Below are positions 48,854 through 61,653 of a DNA stretch of 64,000 nucleotides, piece by piece. Below the pieces are notes generated by a model, which was given only the letters and a program-made list of their open reading frames with translations, did not search any database and was not told the origin of the DNA. Every line of letters starts with the position of its first letter. Position 1 is the first letter of the stretch. Location: positions 1,267,275 through 1,331,274 of the forward strand of contig MU004234.1 of assembly GCA_010405405.1 (NCBI GenBank), written 5' to 3'. The position numbers were made by a program, and so were the translations under genes. Source of the DNA: Microthyrium microscopicum. Lineage: Eukaryota.

Positions 48854-50576
48854 TCACCAGCCGTCGAAATTGCCGAAACCACCAGCTTTGACCTTTTTCT
48901 TCACCGGTTGCTCTTCCATTTCCTCTTCAAATACTTGTGCTTCCGCTGGTTCATTAAGGGATTCCTCGATGGCAGAGGTAAGGTATTTTCCAACACCAGC
49001 TGATTCTTCTTTCTTGTCCCCAGCCCGTATCCGCTTGCCAGTCCATGTCACTTTGTCATCATCTGTTCCACCAGACTTTTGGATCAAAGTTTCCGTTTCT
49101 TTCCCAGCTTCTTTCTCGGCTCTCTGTTTCATAAACTCCTCGAATGGGTCAACAAAGACTACAACATCCAACAATTTGATGTCCTCTATCGGTCGATCTT
49201 TCTCGTCCCCTTTGATGTTCTCAAGTTTTGATAACGTGTCCATGCCATCAACCACTCGTCCAAAAATAGTATGCTTCATGTCGAGGTGCTTAGTGGGTCG
49301 GTATATTATGAAGAATTGTGATGAGTTGGTGTTCTTTCCCTTGTTCGCCATGGACAAGATCCCACGGGCGTCGTGTTTGAGTGGACCTTGTATTTCATCC
49401 TCAAAATTCTTGCCCCATATCGATGAACCACCTCTACCCGTCCCAGTCGGATCACCACCTTGTATCATAAAATTTCGGACGTTCCGATGAAAAACCAGAT
49501 TCCGATATTGACCAGCTTTGGCGAGCTGAACAAAGTTCCAAACTGCTTTAGGCGCAAATTCAGGATACAGTTCAAGGTTTACATCGCCATGGTTCGTTTG
49601 CATTCGAGCATAACCTTTCATTTTTATGCGCTTCGGTCTGAGCATATATTCTTCGTCTGTGAGAACGGCACGTTCTGCGCCAGTATGTGGTGTAAGGCCA
49701 GTGCTCGTGAATGACGCGGCTGCCTTTCCGGTAGTGTGCTGAGCGGAGTTGTACGCTAGTGATTTCTTGACAGGTGCAGCCATTGGTTTGCCATTACTCG
49801 TGGATGAAGTTTTGGTGATAGGCGTCCTATTCGGATTGGCAGCCTTTTCTCTTTCTGCTCGAGCGCGGGCTACAGCCTCCTTTGCCTTTAATATCTTTGC
49901 AGTACTTCCGAGAGCTCCAGTGTTGACGGTTGCAGAAAGTTCTGCCTCTTGCTCATCTGTGCGAGTGCTTGTTCCATCCTTGAGGAATTTGAAGGAGCTC
50001 AAATTTCGCGAGCCGATGTTCTGTGGATCTTGAAGAGTAATGATGTCTTTTCTCGTAAACTCATCATTAGACACCAGATCGCGCCAATTCTTGCCTTTGA
50101 TATTCAAGCGTTCAACAGTATCAAAAGTAAAAGTATTGCCCGTGTTCTTGAGGGCCACAATATGGGTGTTATCTGTAAAGACTTTGAAAGTTACAGGATC
50201 CACAAACTCCCCATCATCGTTTTTGATAAAATTGAGTTTGATCAAGTCGCTGCTCTTCAATGGCTGTCCATCCACAGGGTTTGTCTTGTGCTTCGTCAGC
50301 CACGCCAAAATATTTTCGTAGTCGAATATAGTTCCTGCCGCAGTGCAGACCGGGTTCGTAAAGGGTTGTAGGGACACAGCGCAGTAATTAAAGGGTAGGC
50401 GTTTGAAAGATGAGTCGACTTCTGATGCTTTTGAGCTTGCAACCCCAGCTCCGGCGCTCGCAGAATGGGCATCGCCTGAAGCCCACTCCGAATGCGTGAT
50501 GTATAGTTTGTCTGTGCCTGAAGTAATGATTAGTATGCCTTGTTTGACCTCGAGCACAAGACTTACCTTTCCCCAT
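48854..50576 (-). CDS. Cyclophilin-type peptidyl-prolyl isomerase-like 2 (Cyp60/PPIL2) with U-box
   Basis: MGK|GTDKLYITHSEW (intron about 50566-50518), U-box-like LPFNYCAVSLQPF, FHRNVRNFMIQGGDPTGTGRGG and SMANKGKNTNSSQFF. Confidence 0.95.
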
Positions 50577-51210
50577 AGCTGTGGTTGCGATATGAACGTG
50601 AGTTATTGAAAAATCGCAGCTAGACCTAGGAGGCTCGGAATATGTTTCACTAGGTCTTTGGAGTACTGTGTTTCTTCGAAAGTGGGGTCAAAGCCAGTTG
50701 ATGAGGTAGAAGATGTGATCTCTGGAAAATGTTGACGATAGACAAAGTCAATTATTCGCGCTAGGCTCATTTGGAGAGATGGATGCTTGCCAGGCGGCCT
50801 CAACAACTTTTGGCGGCAGGCGCTTAACTGATGTTCCAGGGATATCCTTGCTTACAATGCTTAGCGACAAAGTGGCTTGAAAGTCTCCCAAAATAGATCT
50901 TGAAATCTCGAAATACAGAATGCCTCGCAGTGACGATTTGTGGAGCTGCTGAAGGGCCTTTTTTGGCAAGTCTTTATCACGCCCCGCTTGATTGAGGTTG
51001 ACCAATCCAAGTCGAGACCAGTGATTAGGATCTTAGATTTTGATGTCCAGTACCAGTATCTTGCACTTATTGCCTTCATATTTCGGCGTTAGCAATAGCA
51101 TAACGGATTGACTAGGAAGAATAATTTTTTATGCTTTTAAGTTCCTTGCAGAATAGTGCTTATTGAACGTGAGACTCTAGACAGCTCTATAATAATCTTT
51201 CTTTGGGACT

Positions 51211-51558
51211 TCAGGACTGCCAAATCCTCTCTTCATAAAACAAATCGCGATCAAATTCGTCCCATAGCATATCTTCCTGCCCTTCCCCGCCAGCATGTGT
51301 TTTCAATGTACGGTTGTCTATGCGGTCGGTTTGCTCGCTATCATGCTCCGCTTCGGCTCCTGCAGCTGTTACATCTTCGGCAGGAACGCCTTTTGCTCTC
51401 CTGCATGGAATACATTCTCGAGTGACATATCGAAAGACGTTTTCGAAATTAGCGCATTCACGAGCACTGACTGCGTCACGATTCGGACAGCACTCTAAAC
51501 TGACCACTTCGCATGTTTGACAGCAGTTGTAGTGGAGGAAGAAAAGTTGCGTACACAT
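51211..51558 (-). CDS. Small Cys-rich hypothetical protein (115 aa)
   Basis: ATG-initiated ORF MCTQ..CC..C..CC..C..CIPC with an acidic tail, resembling fungal 'MC...' Zn-ribbon-like orphans; no family recognised. Confidence 0.45.
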   Translation of the reverse strand: MCTQLFFLHYNCCQTCEVVSLECCPNRDAVSARECANFENVFRYVTRECIPCRRAKGVPAEDVTAAGAEAEHDSEQTDRIDNRTLKTHAGGEGQEDMLWDEFDRDLFYEERIWQS

Positions 51559-52035
51559 CCTCTCTGGATGATACCATGAGAGTTCGGCGCTTCTAGTTTT
51601 GTGCGCAGTTATGAGCGAGATATCGAATGGAAATAGTGAGCCGTCTACAATTTTAGTTGGACAGCATTCGAATTAAGGCTCCATGTTGTCCGAACAATAC
51701 GATCTCTCAATATTGCGACAGGAAGTTTTATCAAGTTGAGCTCGTCCTTTGTTAATCACATAAACAAAGAAAACCCCAGAACGTTTTAGTCAGACTGCAG
51801 GATTCCCAACATCTCTATCTCTTTGTTTGTCTTGACCATGGATGGGAAGGGATAATGTATAATTTCAATCAAGCTGTACTTTTAAGCGAGAACACGAAAA
51901 TTGTGGCTGGACTCCGCTTGAGCAAAAAAAAGGCCTCATAAATGCTAAATCTAAATTTCCGGTTTCTACGAATGCTGAAATGTGGCAAATGGGGTATCAT
52001 ATAGGACCGCTTCTCAAGGCAAAATCCTTCTAGCT

Positions 52036-53254
52036 CTAAAAAACATCATTCCACGTACCGGCATGATACATGGCATACCAGCCAGCACAACTAATTGCTA
52101 GTGCCAGCCCAGCGTAGCCTGGCATCTCAGTCCAGTTTTGACCTGGCGAAGGCCGCAAACCCAGGCGATCCAAGAGCCCTGGTTTGGCTGCCTGTCGCTC
52201 AATCACAGCTGTACTTTGACCCAGCTCGTCATTCGCTCTCGACTGGCTCTTCACGCTCTGTATAACAACACCTTGCCGACCAACAGCCTCGTCCAGCTCG
52301 CCAACAAGCCCTTCACATCTGATAAAAATCTCTTTGGCCTCCTCTATGACATCTTGTCTCATCTCTTCGGTCAGCACGCTCTCGAAGCTATCCAGCCGAC
52401 GCTTAAACTCTGCCTTGATGTCTACACCATCATTCATGCCGGACCAAAACCAGAATGACAAGCCGGCGGCCTCGAAGCGCTCTTGCTGTGCCGCAGTGAA
52501 TGTTCTCAATTTCTCATGCACGCTGCTAGTCGGGCTTAGTGCTGGACTAGCTGGTGGACTTCCTGGTTTTTCGCTGGTAGCCCAGAAGGATGCGCCAGGA
52601 GCGGCTAAGACACTGCGGATCCAGCGGCCTCCGGAGAATATGGCCATATACATAACAAATGCATAGGCAATCAGGAGCTGTGGCTTTTCGGCCACTGCGG
52701 CCTCAATATGCTGCGTAAATAATGTGCTCGAATCGGATTGATGTTTCTCTAAGAATGCTGGCACTTCGTCGCGTGAGATGCCGACAAGGATGGCGATGTC
52801 CCGAATCAGTCTATCAGTTCTTGCAAGACCATTAGGGCGTAGGGTGCGTAGTAATGTAAGGACTGCCATTTCGGGGGGAGGCGCAAGTGTGCTCGCGCCA
52901 AGCAGCTGGGTGGCGGCGGAGTCTTGAGATTCGGATGATGGGTGGGCTAGAGGTACATCTACCCAGAGATCTTCGCCGCGAATGTGATTAAAGGGAGTGT
53001 GACGTGTACATATTTCGCTCCAGGCCTTTTCAAAGGCAATATAAACGTTGGCAAATGGCAAGAGGCCGGTGAGATAAACATCGGGAGATGAGGAATGAAG
53101 CGGGAGCGCCAAGGGTAAACGGGATGTTATGAGAGCATTCAAACGTGTATGTTGTGCTCTGGTCTTGATTAGCAGTACGACCGAACAAGTACAATACGCG
53201 TACAGACCTTGTGAATGAGTTGATCTCTGCGGGAAGTTTGATACTTGACGTCAT
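52036..53254 (-). CDS. Heme oxygenase-like protein with a C-terminal membrane anchor
   Basis: MTSSIKLPAEINSFTR|AQHTRLN (proximal His region), LLIAYAFVMYMAIFSGGR distal helix motif and hydrophobic C-terminus YAGLALAISCAGWYAMY. Confidence 0.85.
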
Positions 53255-54820
53255 CTTGTGTGAGGCTCTCTAGCCGTAATTTAGGCGTATGTGCAAATGC
53301 GAGTATGTCGGTAGATAGCAGAAGGAGAAGAGAAGGAACGCTTTCAAACAGAAATGGCGGCGCAGGGAGATATATGGGCGCAAACGAGGTGATGTAGTGG
53401 GCGTGATCGGAACTCCTGATCGCGATTACTACAAAAAGACAAGTCAAATGCGATTGCCGAAGCCAGGTTTTTAGATTGCTGATTGGCTACGCCTGACTAG
53501 TGGCTCGCGTGGGTCTTAACGCCACCAGAGCGGCGCATGCGCTCATTGGCGACCACGCGACTGCAGGTGGGTTCCTGCTGCCTGCCGTTACAGCCTTATA
53601 CCCAATGAGGAACAAGTTTCACATGTGCAAGGCTGCGCATAAGGCTGTCTTGAATGGCCTCCAACATAGGCTCCAGTGCCCAGCGCCTGCTGCTAGCTGT
53701 CTACCAGAGATCAGAATATAACGTATGTTCATGTGACGTTGACTAGGTATGACTCAGTTCAACCTTCAAATGACTTGACTCTCCATATACTTCCGTAACT
53801 GATATTAGACATTGCTGGACTTATGGGAAACACCACTTTTCGACTACTAGACAAGTACCTGGTTGTTAGCAAGCTTCAGGAACATGCAAGAACGACTATA
53901 ATGTACGGGGCTTGTAGAACAGACTATACGATATTCTGCCGAGGCCATAGTCACACCTATAGATCGGAGGCTCTGTGCGCTAGTAAATGCCGACTTACCG
54001 AGAGAGTGCAGATCTGGGGAAAGTTGCGATCAGACACAGATTGTGCAGGGCAGGATTAGGTATCGTAAGTTTTCAAGACCCACGCTTTACAAAAGAATAA
54101 CTTGCTTTACATCCATTCTTAAAGATTACACTGGCAAAATTGTCAATGTAAAGAAAGTGATAAGCAAGTTCCATCCCTTGGTATTGGGAATGAAGATACA
54201 TATATACATGCAATCGGTTTATACTAATTGTTGTAGCAAGATCGCGGATTCATATTTCTTAGTGTGCAAATTGTTCTAGATCTTGAAGCGCTCCATGGTA
54301 CTTTTGGTGTAGTATAGTGATAATAAACAGTCAAGGAACAATTCCGTCGAAGAAGAAAGTAGGCTAATCTATTAGATGTCGCAGTGTCTGATATTCCAAG
54401 GCTAGAAACAGCAATTTATATTATAATAGTGGACGCTGTTATGGAGTCTGTAAACGGTTTCCAGCTCGCCAATATACGTTAATAACCAAATGTCTATCTC
54501 ACTATTAGCTGTACTATTAAAACCTTAGGTCTTCTCTGTTGTCCAGAAGTTCTTTCCACACTCACACAGCTTGAAAAGTTTCTACTTCGCAGCAGAGTTC
54601 CATCATGCACTACTTACTCGCCCTCACGGCTCTGGCCGCAACGATCGTAGATGCCGTTCCTCAAGCGCCAACCGCGCCAGCAACGCCATCTGCTCCTCCT
54701 GCAGCACCAAAGGGAATATGTAGAAAAACAAACGAGACCCAGTCTGGTCCTGACCCACTCAAACAGTTTGTCCCTGGCTCAGCTGTTTTCCCCTGCGATA
54801 TGGGTGTAGCAATTCCGCTA

Positions 54821-56443
54821 CCTGTGAACCCGCGAAAGTCTGTCCGGTCCGTGCGTCCAGACCCCAACATCGCGACCTTGAAGCGATCCCCTATTAGATT
54901 AAATCCTACATAATAATACAACCAATGGCTCAAATTCCTCGCGATTAACGTGCAGTTATTCTCCAATACCGATTCCATGACGGTCTAACCTTTGATGAAA
55001 TTGCGACACGTGTGGGTAACGTTAAATCAGACTCCGCGCGCAAGTTCTGTAAACGCGCTCAACAAAGAGCTAAATCTACGGATCTAGCAACCATCCTACG
55101 GTATATCGATTCCGCGCCTAGAATAGGACGTCCCCGTCGAGTCGAACCTAATTCGAATCTATCTCAACGAATACGAAGTGAAATTCGAGGCAAACGACGA
55201 GCCTAGAATCAGGTTGAAGCAGCCAATGATGTCCTTCAAGAGTAAAGAAACCTGCGATCGAATTCATAACGGAAGCTCCTTAGAGAGCTGAACCATCATC
55301 AGGTTCTTAATATTATGAAGCATCCTGTCTACTGTGAAGCAGATAAGATTGATAAAAGGCCAATTTCACGCGTAAAGCCATAACAACGTCCTCACATAGA
55401 GAAGGCAGATCCTGCCAAAAGACAACCGTTTATCGATTGGATTATTGATTTGCCTGAAGATACTATTTTAATAGGTTGTGACGAGACTTGGATAGGCTTT
55501 AGGGGGTCTTATTTAACAAGAATTTCGGTTCCTTAAGGCACAGAAGTTTACATAAACCAGGCCGAAGATCCTCGCTTTTCAAAGATGTTATGGGCCGCCG
55601 CTTCACCTGAAATACGTGTTAAAAGGCCTTATATTACTTGGAATAAAGAGGAAGAGACTGACGCTTTGATCCTGATTGAAAAGCTCAACAAACAAGTCCA
55701 AAAAATGCGAGATACGGTAGATTTCAAGAGAGCTTAATGTTTGATCCTAGGAACCTCTGAATATGCAGAATTACAGGCTGAAAACGAGCGAATTCAGAGA
55801 GAGAATAAAGCTCTACCAAAGGGCCAAAGAAAGGGCTTTCAATATTGACTTACACCTGAACGTCTCTTCAAATATGAGCGACTTGAGCGAGAGCACAAAA
55901 AGGGTGGATTGGATTTCGTGTGGTATGCTTTTAACGCTTATGAAAAAGGCCTGTTTCCGTATTATCTCGAGATCAAACGTCTTAACCCTCATAAAGACGT
56001 CTTCATCGTTGAAGATAACGTCCCTCTTCATCATAAGGCACGGCGATTACTGCAAGACCAAATCGACCTTCTTGGGATCGAATTCAGACCAACACCAGCC
56101 AATTCACTAGATTTATATCCTATTGAGACGCTTTGGAACGATCTTGGCGACATTATCAAGAATTATCGCCTTGGAATTCGAAGTGCTGCGAAATCGGTTC
56201 AGGATGCGGCCGAAGAAGAGATGAGAGCGATTTGGCAAGACAACGAACACTTCAACCAAAAAGCATATTATAGGATGCAAACCAAATATTTTCAAACACT
56301 AGCAACAAGATCAAGAGACGCTGATATTCCCTATTCAAACCACTATCCAGACAGACAAGTAGTTATTGAGATAGATTAATTTGAAATTCACCTCTTCTTG
56401 AAGTTGCGTGCACGGACCGGACAGACTTTCGCGGGTTCACAGG
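54821..56443 (+). mobile_element. Tc1/mariner-superfamily DNA transposon, 1,623 bp
   Basis: Perfect 34-bp TIRs (54821-54854 and 56410-56443, cctgtgaacccgcgaaagtctgtccggtccgtgc) flanked by TA at 54819-54820 and 56444-56445. Confidence 0.95.
54925..56379 (+). pseudogene. DDE transposase inactivated by in-frame nonsense codons
   Basis: Single frame of 485 codons with 8 internal stops (6 TAA, 1 TAG, 1 TGA). HTH-like N-terminus, GRPR, CDET, EDNVPLH and SLDLYPIETLW (SPDLNPIE-like). Confidence 0.9.
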
Positions 56444-57656
56444 TAGGACCGGTCCCTACAGGTTGCGCCAAGCTCGAAATCATCGTTGGTAATTGACGTT
56501 CATCGACGCAAGGTTTCGTTTTTTTGCTAATAAAGGAAAAAGGCCGTGGCACGAGTGAGGGTGGCAAGCTTGGAGTGGTTGTTGGCGACCCTCTCGTAGC
56601 CCGCGTAGCACGCGACTTGCCTGGTGTGCAGGTACGCGGGTATCCAGTCCAGGCAAGTCTTTTCGCATCATACAAAGTTGATAAAAAGACTGACAGAAAC
56701 GCGTATTAGTACCCAGCATCCTTGACTGGCTCTGCAACTGGTGTTGAGGATGTCACAAAGCGAATTATTCAACAATCCAAAGAGTGCCCCGACGAGAAAT
56801 TTGCGCTGGCCGGATACAGTCAAGGCGGCGGAGTTGTCTCAAGTGCGCTGAAGAATATCCCCGAAGAGCTTAGGTCAAAGGTGGTTGCTGTCGCATTGTA
56901 CGGTGCTGGAGATGGAAGCAAGACCAACGAGCTGTTCAAGAGCAAAACTATTGCCAACTGTGCAGTAGGAGACTTTGTAAGTCACTTTCTTAGACCGTGT
57001 GCTCGAATCGGAGGCTAACTTTGTTGCTACCGAAGGCTTGTGCCACATATGTAGGACCTGGACATGTTTCATACAACGATGAAGGAACGAAGTGGCACGA
57101 TAGAACTGCCCAATATATTTCTGCGGCATACAATAACAAGGGAATGGGATTCAGGTTGATGAGAGATCCAACTGCTCCACTTGTCGCGGCTTGACGTTCT
57201 TTCAAAATCTCATTCCTAACATGTGTCTCTTGGACGACATAATTTGAAGGTTTTCGGAAGGTTCGGTATCGGAATAAGAAGTCAATACATACAATCAAGC
57301 CTAAGATTTGAATCGACTTGAGAGTGAAGGAACAGTGACAAGGGTTTATAATGTTCTCGTGAGCGAAGCATAAAATAGTAACAGGTAGCTAATTTCATAG
57401 CTGAGAACATCCCAGTACATATAATGCTGTAGATAATTTGATCATGCCCTGACACCCACAATGCCCCTATACTCCGCGGTAAAGGATTCAACAGTAATTT
57501 GCCCTCAACTCCACTTTCATTCCTCTTTAACCACTTGATCGTACAGTGTCTTTATTCTCGCAGATTTGGACTATCATTCTGTACATCTAACCTTCTGTCA
57601 AAGCATCTGGGGCGGTGGAGTAACTTGAGCTACAGTCACTCCTGATATTGACCACC

Positions 57657-58350
57657 TTAGATCATGAGAACAGCAGCAAGTACGGATAGAACCAAGGCAC
57701 CAGTGCCAGCAGCTTGAATATGAGAGCCACCGTTCTTCTGTTGCTTAGCGCCTAAATCATGTTAGAGTGTCTTCTATGTATCAAGGGATGTCGGTTGAAA
57801 ACTTACCCTTCTTGCTGTCCTTGCCATCCTTCATCTTCTTGCACATATCCACCAGAGTCTTGTTGCTTTGCAAAGTCTTTACATGGTCGACCTCCTTCTG
57901 CCACTTTTGCTTGACCTGATCCGCAGTGCGATTCTTATGTTTCGAGGCCTCATCAACTGCTGTCTTGTTCTTGATATTGTTGCTGATCTTGTCGACATGG
58001 TTGATCTCATAACACTGGTGCTTAAGTTGCTCATGGGCATGGTAGACGCCACAGAATTGCTGAAGAGTAGCATTGCTTTGTAGTCTGCTGACCTGGGCCT
58101 GCGCTTTGGCTGCCTTCTCCTTGATCTTGGTGACACGGTCTGGATGATTGCGTTCGATCTCGTCCATCTTGGTTTGGTTGTTGCTGGTTTCAATGATGTT
58201 GGTGAGCTTCCACATCTTCTTGCAAGATCGTTCCTGTGAGGTGAGATTGCCATTCTTCTTGTGGCCGCCTTTCTTGTGCTCTTTATTGTCGTTATCCCCC
58301 GCGATGACGAAGCCGACGAGGGTGGCGAGGAAAAGTGTGGTGAACTTCAT
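57657..58350 (-). CDS. Secreted, probably GPI-anchored Lys-rich helical protein of unknown function
   Basis: Signal peptide and duplicated LQSNATL..FC / LQSNKTL..MC motif. An intron after KDSKKG gives the hydrophobic tail GAKQQKNGGSHIQAAGTGALVLSVLAAVLMI*. Confidence 0.75.
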
Positions 58351-60633
58351 GATGACGGTTGCTTGGTGTTGAAGGAAAACTAAATTTACTGGAGGATGAT
58401 TAAGATGTATGGCTGGACACTTGGACGCAATCGGATTGTTCGTTGACTATTGAGTTTTTATGGCGATATATGATCTTGAAAACTGTTGAACTGTACTGAA
58501 AAAGTGTAGAAAAGCTGACAGTATTGAGCAGCGTCTTAGTGAGAGTAAAGAAGTTGCCTTTATTTGACTGATGAGATCAAACACAAGGAAGAATCAAGAA
58601 TATATACTGAACAGTCCCCTCCTTTGCCAAAGCTATGTTTGTCTGGGAAACAGAGGGTGCTCGAGCGTTGTTGTCCACTGAAGTGGTAGGGCCCAACTGG
58701 AGAATCCATTTATCTATCGCATTTGACTCAATTTGGAAAGCCGCTCCTAGTCATTAGCATATTTGTCTTGAGAATAAAAATAGCCCGAGTGCTATTTCCT
58801 AGTATCTAGGAAGGCTACCTGTTAGATACGCCCTCAGAATGTCGGCTCTGTTTCAGAGAGTTTCAAGACCTTAGGGTAGGAATGATCACTTAAGCCATAG
58901 CGTCAGTGAACTATGATTCCTATGGGATTGACAGTCGGGGTTATGTTTTGGTTACATTCAATACTGAGTTAGTATTGATAATTGAGGAGTAGCATAGAAT
59001 ATGACCTTCAGATATGCTTTCCTATACTATATTGAGTATGAAAGAACTATGATTCAACAAGATATCATACTAGTGAGGGTATCAGTGGAATTGTCAGTAT
59101 TATAGCCCTACGAACAACAGCAAATATATTCTTTCTAGCCGAACAAACTGCATAATGAAGAATACTGCATGTCTTTCATTTTGATGGTTGATTCATTTTT
59201 ATCCTAAAGGTAAGATGTGTCATAATGTGGTTCAGCGTGTAATGAGGTTGGTAAGTATGAAGATGTTCAAACTATCTTCGAAGACGGAAGTCAAACAAGC
59301 TTCAGTACTTCGCGAAACCCTCGATATCCTAGGCATAACCTGGTCGTTCATGCCGGGTTCAATTCTATTCTAGGTCTGATGGCCAGAACAATACCCGCCC
59401 CACACATCATGCAGCTGTATATTCGTAGCGTAGATCTAATCCTCCATGTCCAGCCAACCACATTTGAAAGGATCAAAACACGCGTACGACTGGCTTGGCC
59501 TGACCATAACTCCTGCTGAAAATCATCTGCATAAGAGTCCTCACGTCCCTCATGGCGGCATACTGCCCTACTGACACTTTGGTGAACGAGGAATATATTG
59601 GTAGGTTTTAAAGTTTTGGTTTACACTTACCATCCTCACATTAATTGATTGATGTCCTCTCCATGCTTGATCCACAAACCCGTGCATGTAAGGATGCTCA
59701 ACCCTGAAGAAGCTGAGAGAAGGACATGAGCGACCAAAATTTGGTCGGCCATGCTACGAGACGTGGTCTCGTCCATTAACTCAATGGTATATTTTGAGAC
59801 TGAAGATCAGTTTCCCGAGGTTTTTGACCGCTGAATACTATTTAGAATCTTATGCCTGACTGTATGATATTACGCGTATCAGGAGACTGAATCGATAAGT
59901 AGGGTTTTCTTTGTGGGCCATGAAAATAAGTAGCTGGCTTCTGATCAACTTTACAACGATTCTTTGAGAAGACAGCTCCAACATTCAGTCTTAAACATGA
60001 CATGCTTCTACTCTTACATTTTTACTACATCTACCATCGCTCAAGAGCTTGATAATCACCCAATAATTCAGACTTGAACCTGAAAATATCGTGCTTTGAT
60101 CGTTCGCTACTTCTAAACGTAGTGGCGTTCGCAATTTCAGCAGACACCATGTTTTTCATCCTCAGCAACTCTGGTGATGAACAGAGGGAAACCGCAATGA
60201 AAACAAGCTAAAAGAGGTGCAATAGGCTTTTTGTTTGTGATGTTAGAAGGAAAGGATCCATAGAGCACCACAACGTCTCCCATGGTCGCAATCGGCATGA
60301 ATATTGGATTCCATATTTTACCAAACTAACTTCCATCCGGCACATCAAATTGTATCTAAACCTTCGCAATGAAAAAATATACTGATTTCTAGGCTTATGG
60401 TATTGACCCTAATAGAGTCGTATCTTAAATGTAATTCTAGCTGCGCGATGCATCAGCATAACATCAAGTCGGTGCAACTTCTATCCGATGGCTGACTTGC
60501 TGAGGAAAGCAATCTACACAGCACACAATCCAAGGCTATCGAGCATCTATAAATTCTATTGATTTCCTGACATGATTCTGAAGCCACCTATACTCAGATT
60601 TGGCATCACGCATCTTTCTATTCTTTAAAAGCC

Positions 60634-61653
60634 ATGTCTTCCTACGTGATTACCGGTGCCTCTCGTGGTCTTGGGGTCAGTATTGATTAGAATACTACGC
60701 AAATATCGTCGACTGACTTGAACAGTTTGAATTTCTTCGACAACTCTCAGCTGATCCATCAAATACTGTAATTGGACTCGTGCGAGGCACAGCTGCCACG
60801 GAAACCAAAGTTGCAGAGCTAGGAAGAAAGAACATTCATATTCTCAAAGGCGATTTGACTGAGTATAGTTCATTGAAGGTGGGCGATCATTGAGGCTTCT
60901 TGCACGAGAGTGTACTAAATATTCCACAGAGAGCTGCCGAGGAAACTGCCAAAATCACAGGTGGCAGTTTGGATTACTTGATTGCCAATGCAGCTTTTGT
61001 TTCGCGATGGTCGGCTTATGATCCCATTGGAGTGCTGTATGTTTCATGATCTTCTACGAAAAGCAACATACTGACCATCGGTCTTGAGACAAATAGAGGC
61101 AAAGATTCTTCAAAACTCGAAGAAGATCTCAAAGAGACATTGAACGCTAATGTGGTCGGAAATGTCCACCTCTTCAATTTGTTCACACCATTGATCCTGA
61201 AGGGCAAAGTGAAGAAAGTGATCTCCATATCCACTGGTTTGGCAGACTACGAGCTGTTGTCCAAATTTGAGATCGAAGGAGGAGCACCCTATTCGATCAG
61301 CAAGGCGGCTCTGAATGCTGCCGTCGCTCACTTTAGTGCTCAATATGCCAAAGATGGTGTTTTGTTTATCAGCATCTCCCCGGGTGTTGTCGAAACCGGA
61401 CAGCATGCCAATGGTGAGCCCCGTCACTCTCCACAAAGACCGATATACTGACATAAGTTCAGCCACCCCGGAGCAACTGCAAAAAGCGATGGCAATGGGT
61501 GGAAAATTTGTGGCATATGCGCCTCATTTCACTGGGCCAGCTCAGCCAGAGTCTTCTGTTAAAGATGTGATTTCTGTCTATGAAAAAGCCAGCGTTGCAG
61601 CAGGTGATGGTGGCTCGTTCATATCTCATCTTGGAAACAAGCAATGGATTTAA
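60634..61653 (+). CDS. Short-chain dehydrogenase/reductase (classical SDR, CsgA-like)
   Basis: MSSYVITGASRGLG, LDYLIANAA, ISISTG, catalytic YSISK and ISPGVVET; four short GT-AG introns. Confidence 0.9.

Larger units (their letters stand above)
54605..57194 (+). pseudogene. Cutinase (CE5) gene disrupted by a transposon insertion in exon 1
   Basis: Signal peptide...PCDMGVAIPL | TE | GPVPTGCAKLEIIV|GRGTSE...YPVQ|YPAS...GYSQG...CAVGDF|AC...GHVSY. Removing the TE and one TA restores a clean frame with a Ser-Asp-His triad. Confidence 0.9.

Noticed and set aside
48744..49490. 248-aa plus-strand ORF and similar long antisense ORFs over NCR1, RIB1 and the TFs
   Set aside because: Shadow frames opposite well-supported genes.
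59300..59780. Short minus-strand frame MDETTSRSMADQ... followed by a GTAAGT
   Set aside because: It stops after 46 codons, downstream frames are broken, and no family is recognisable.
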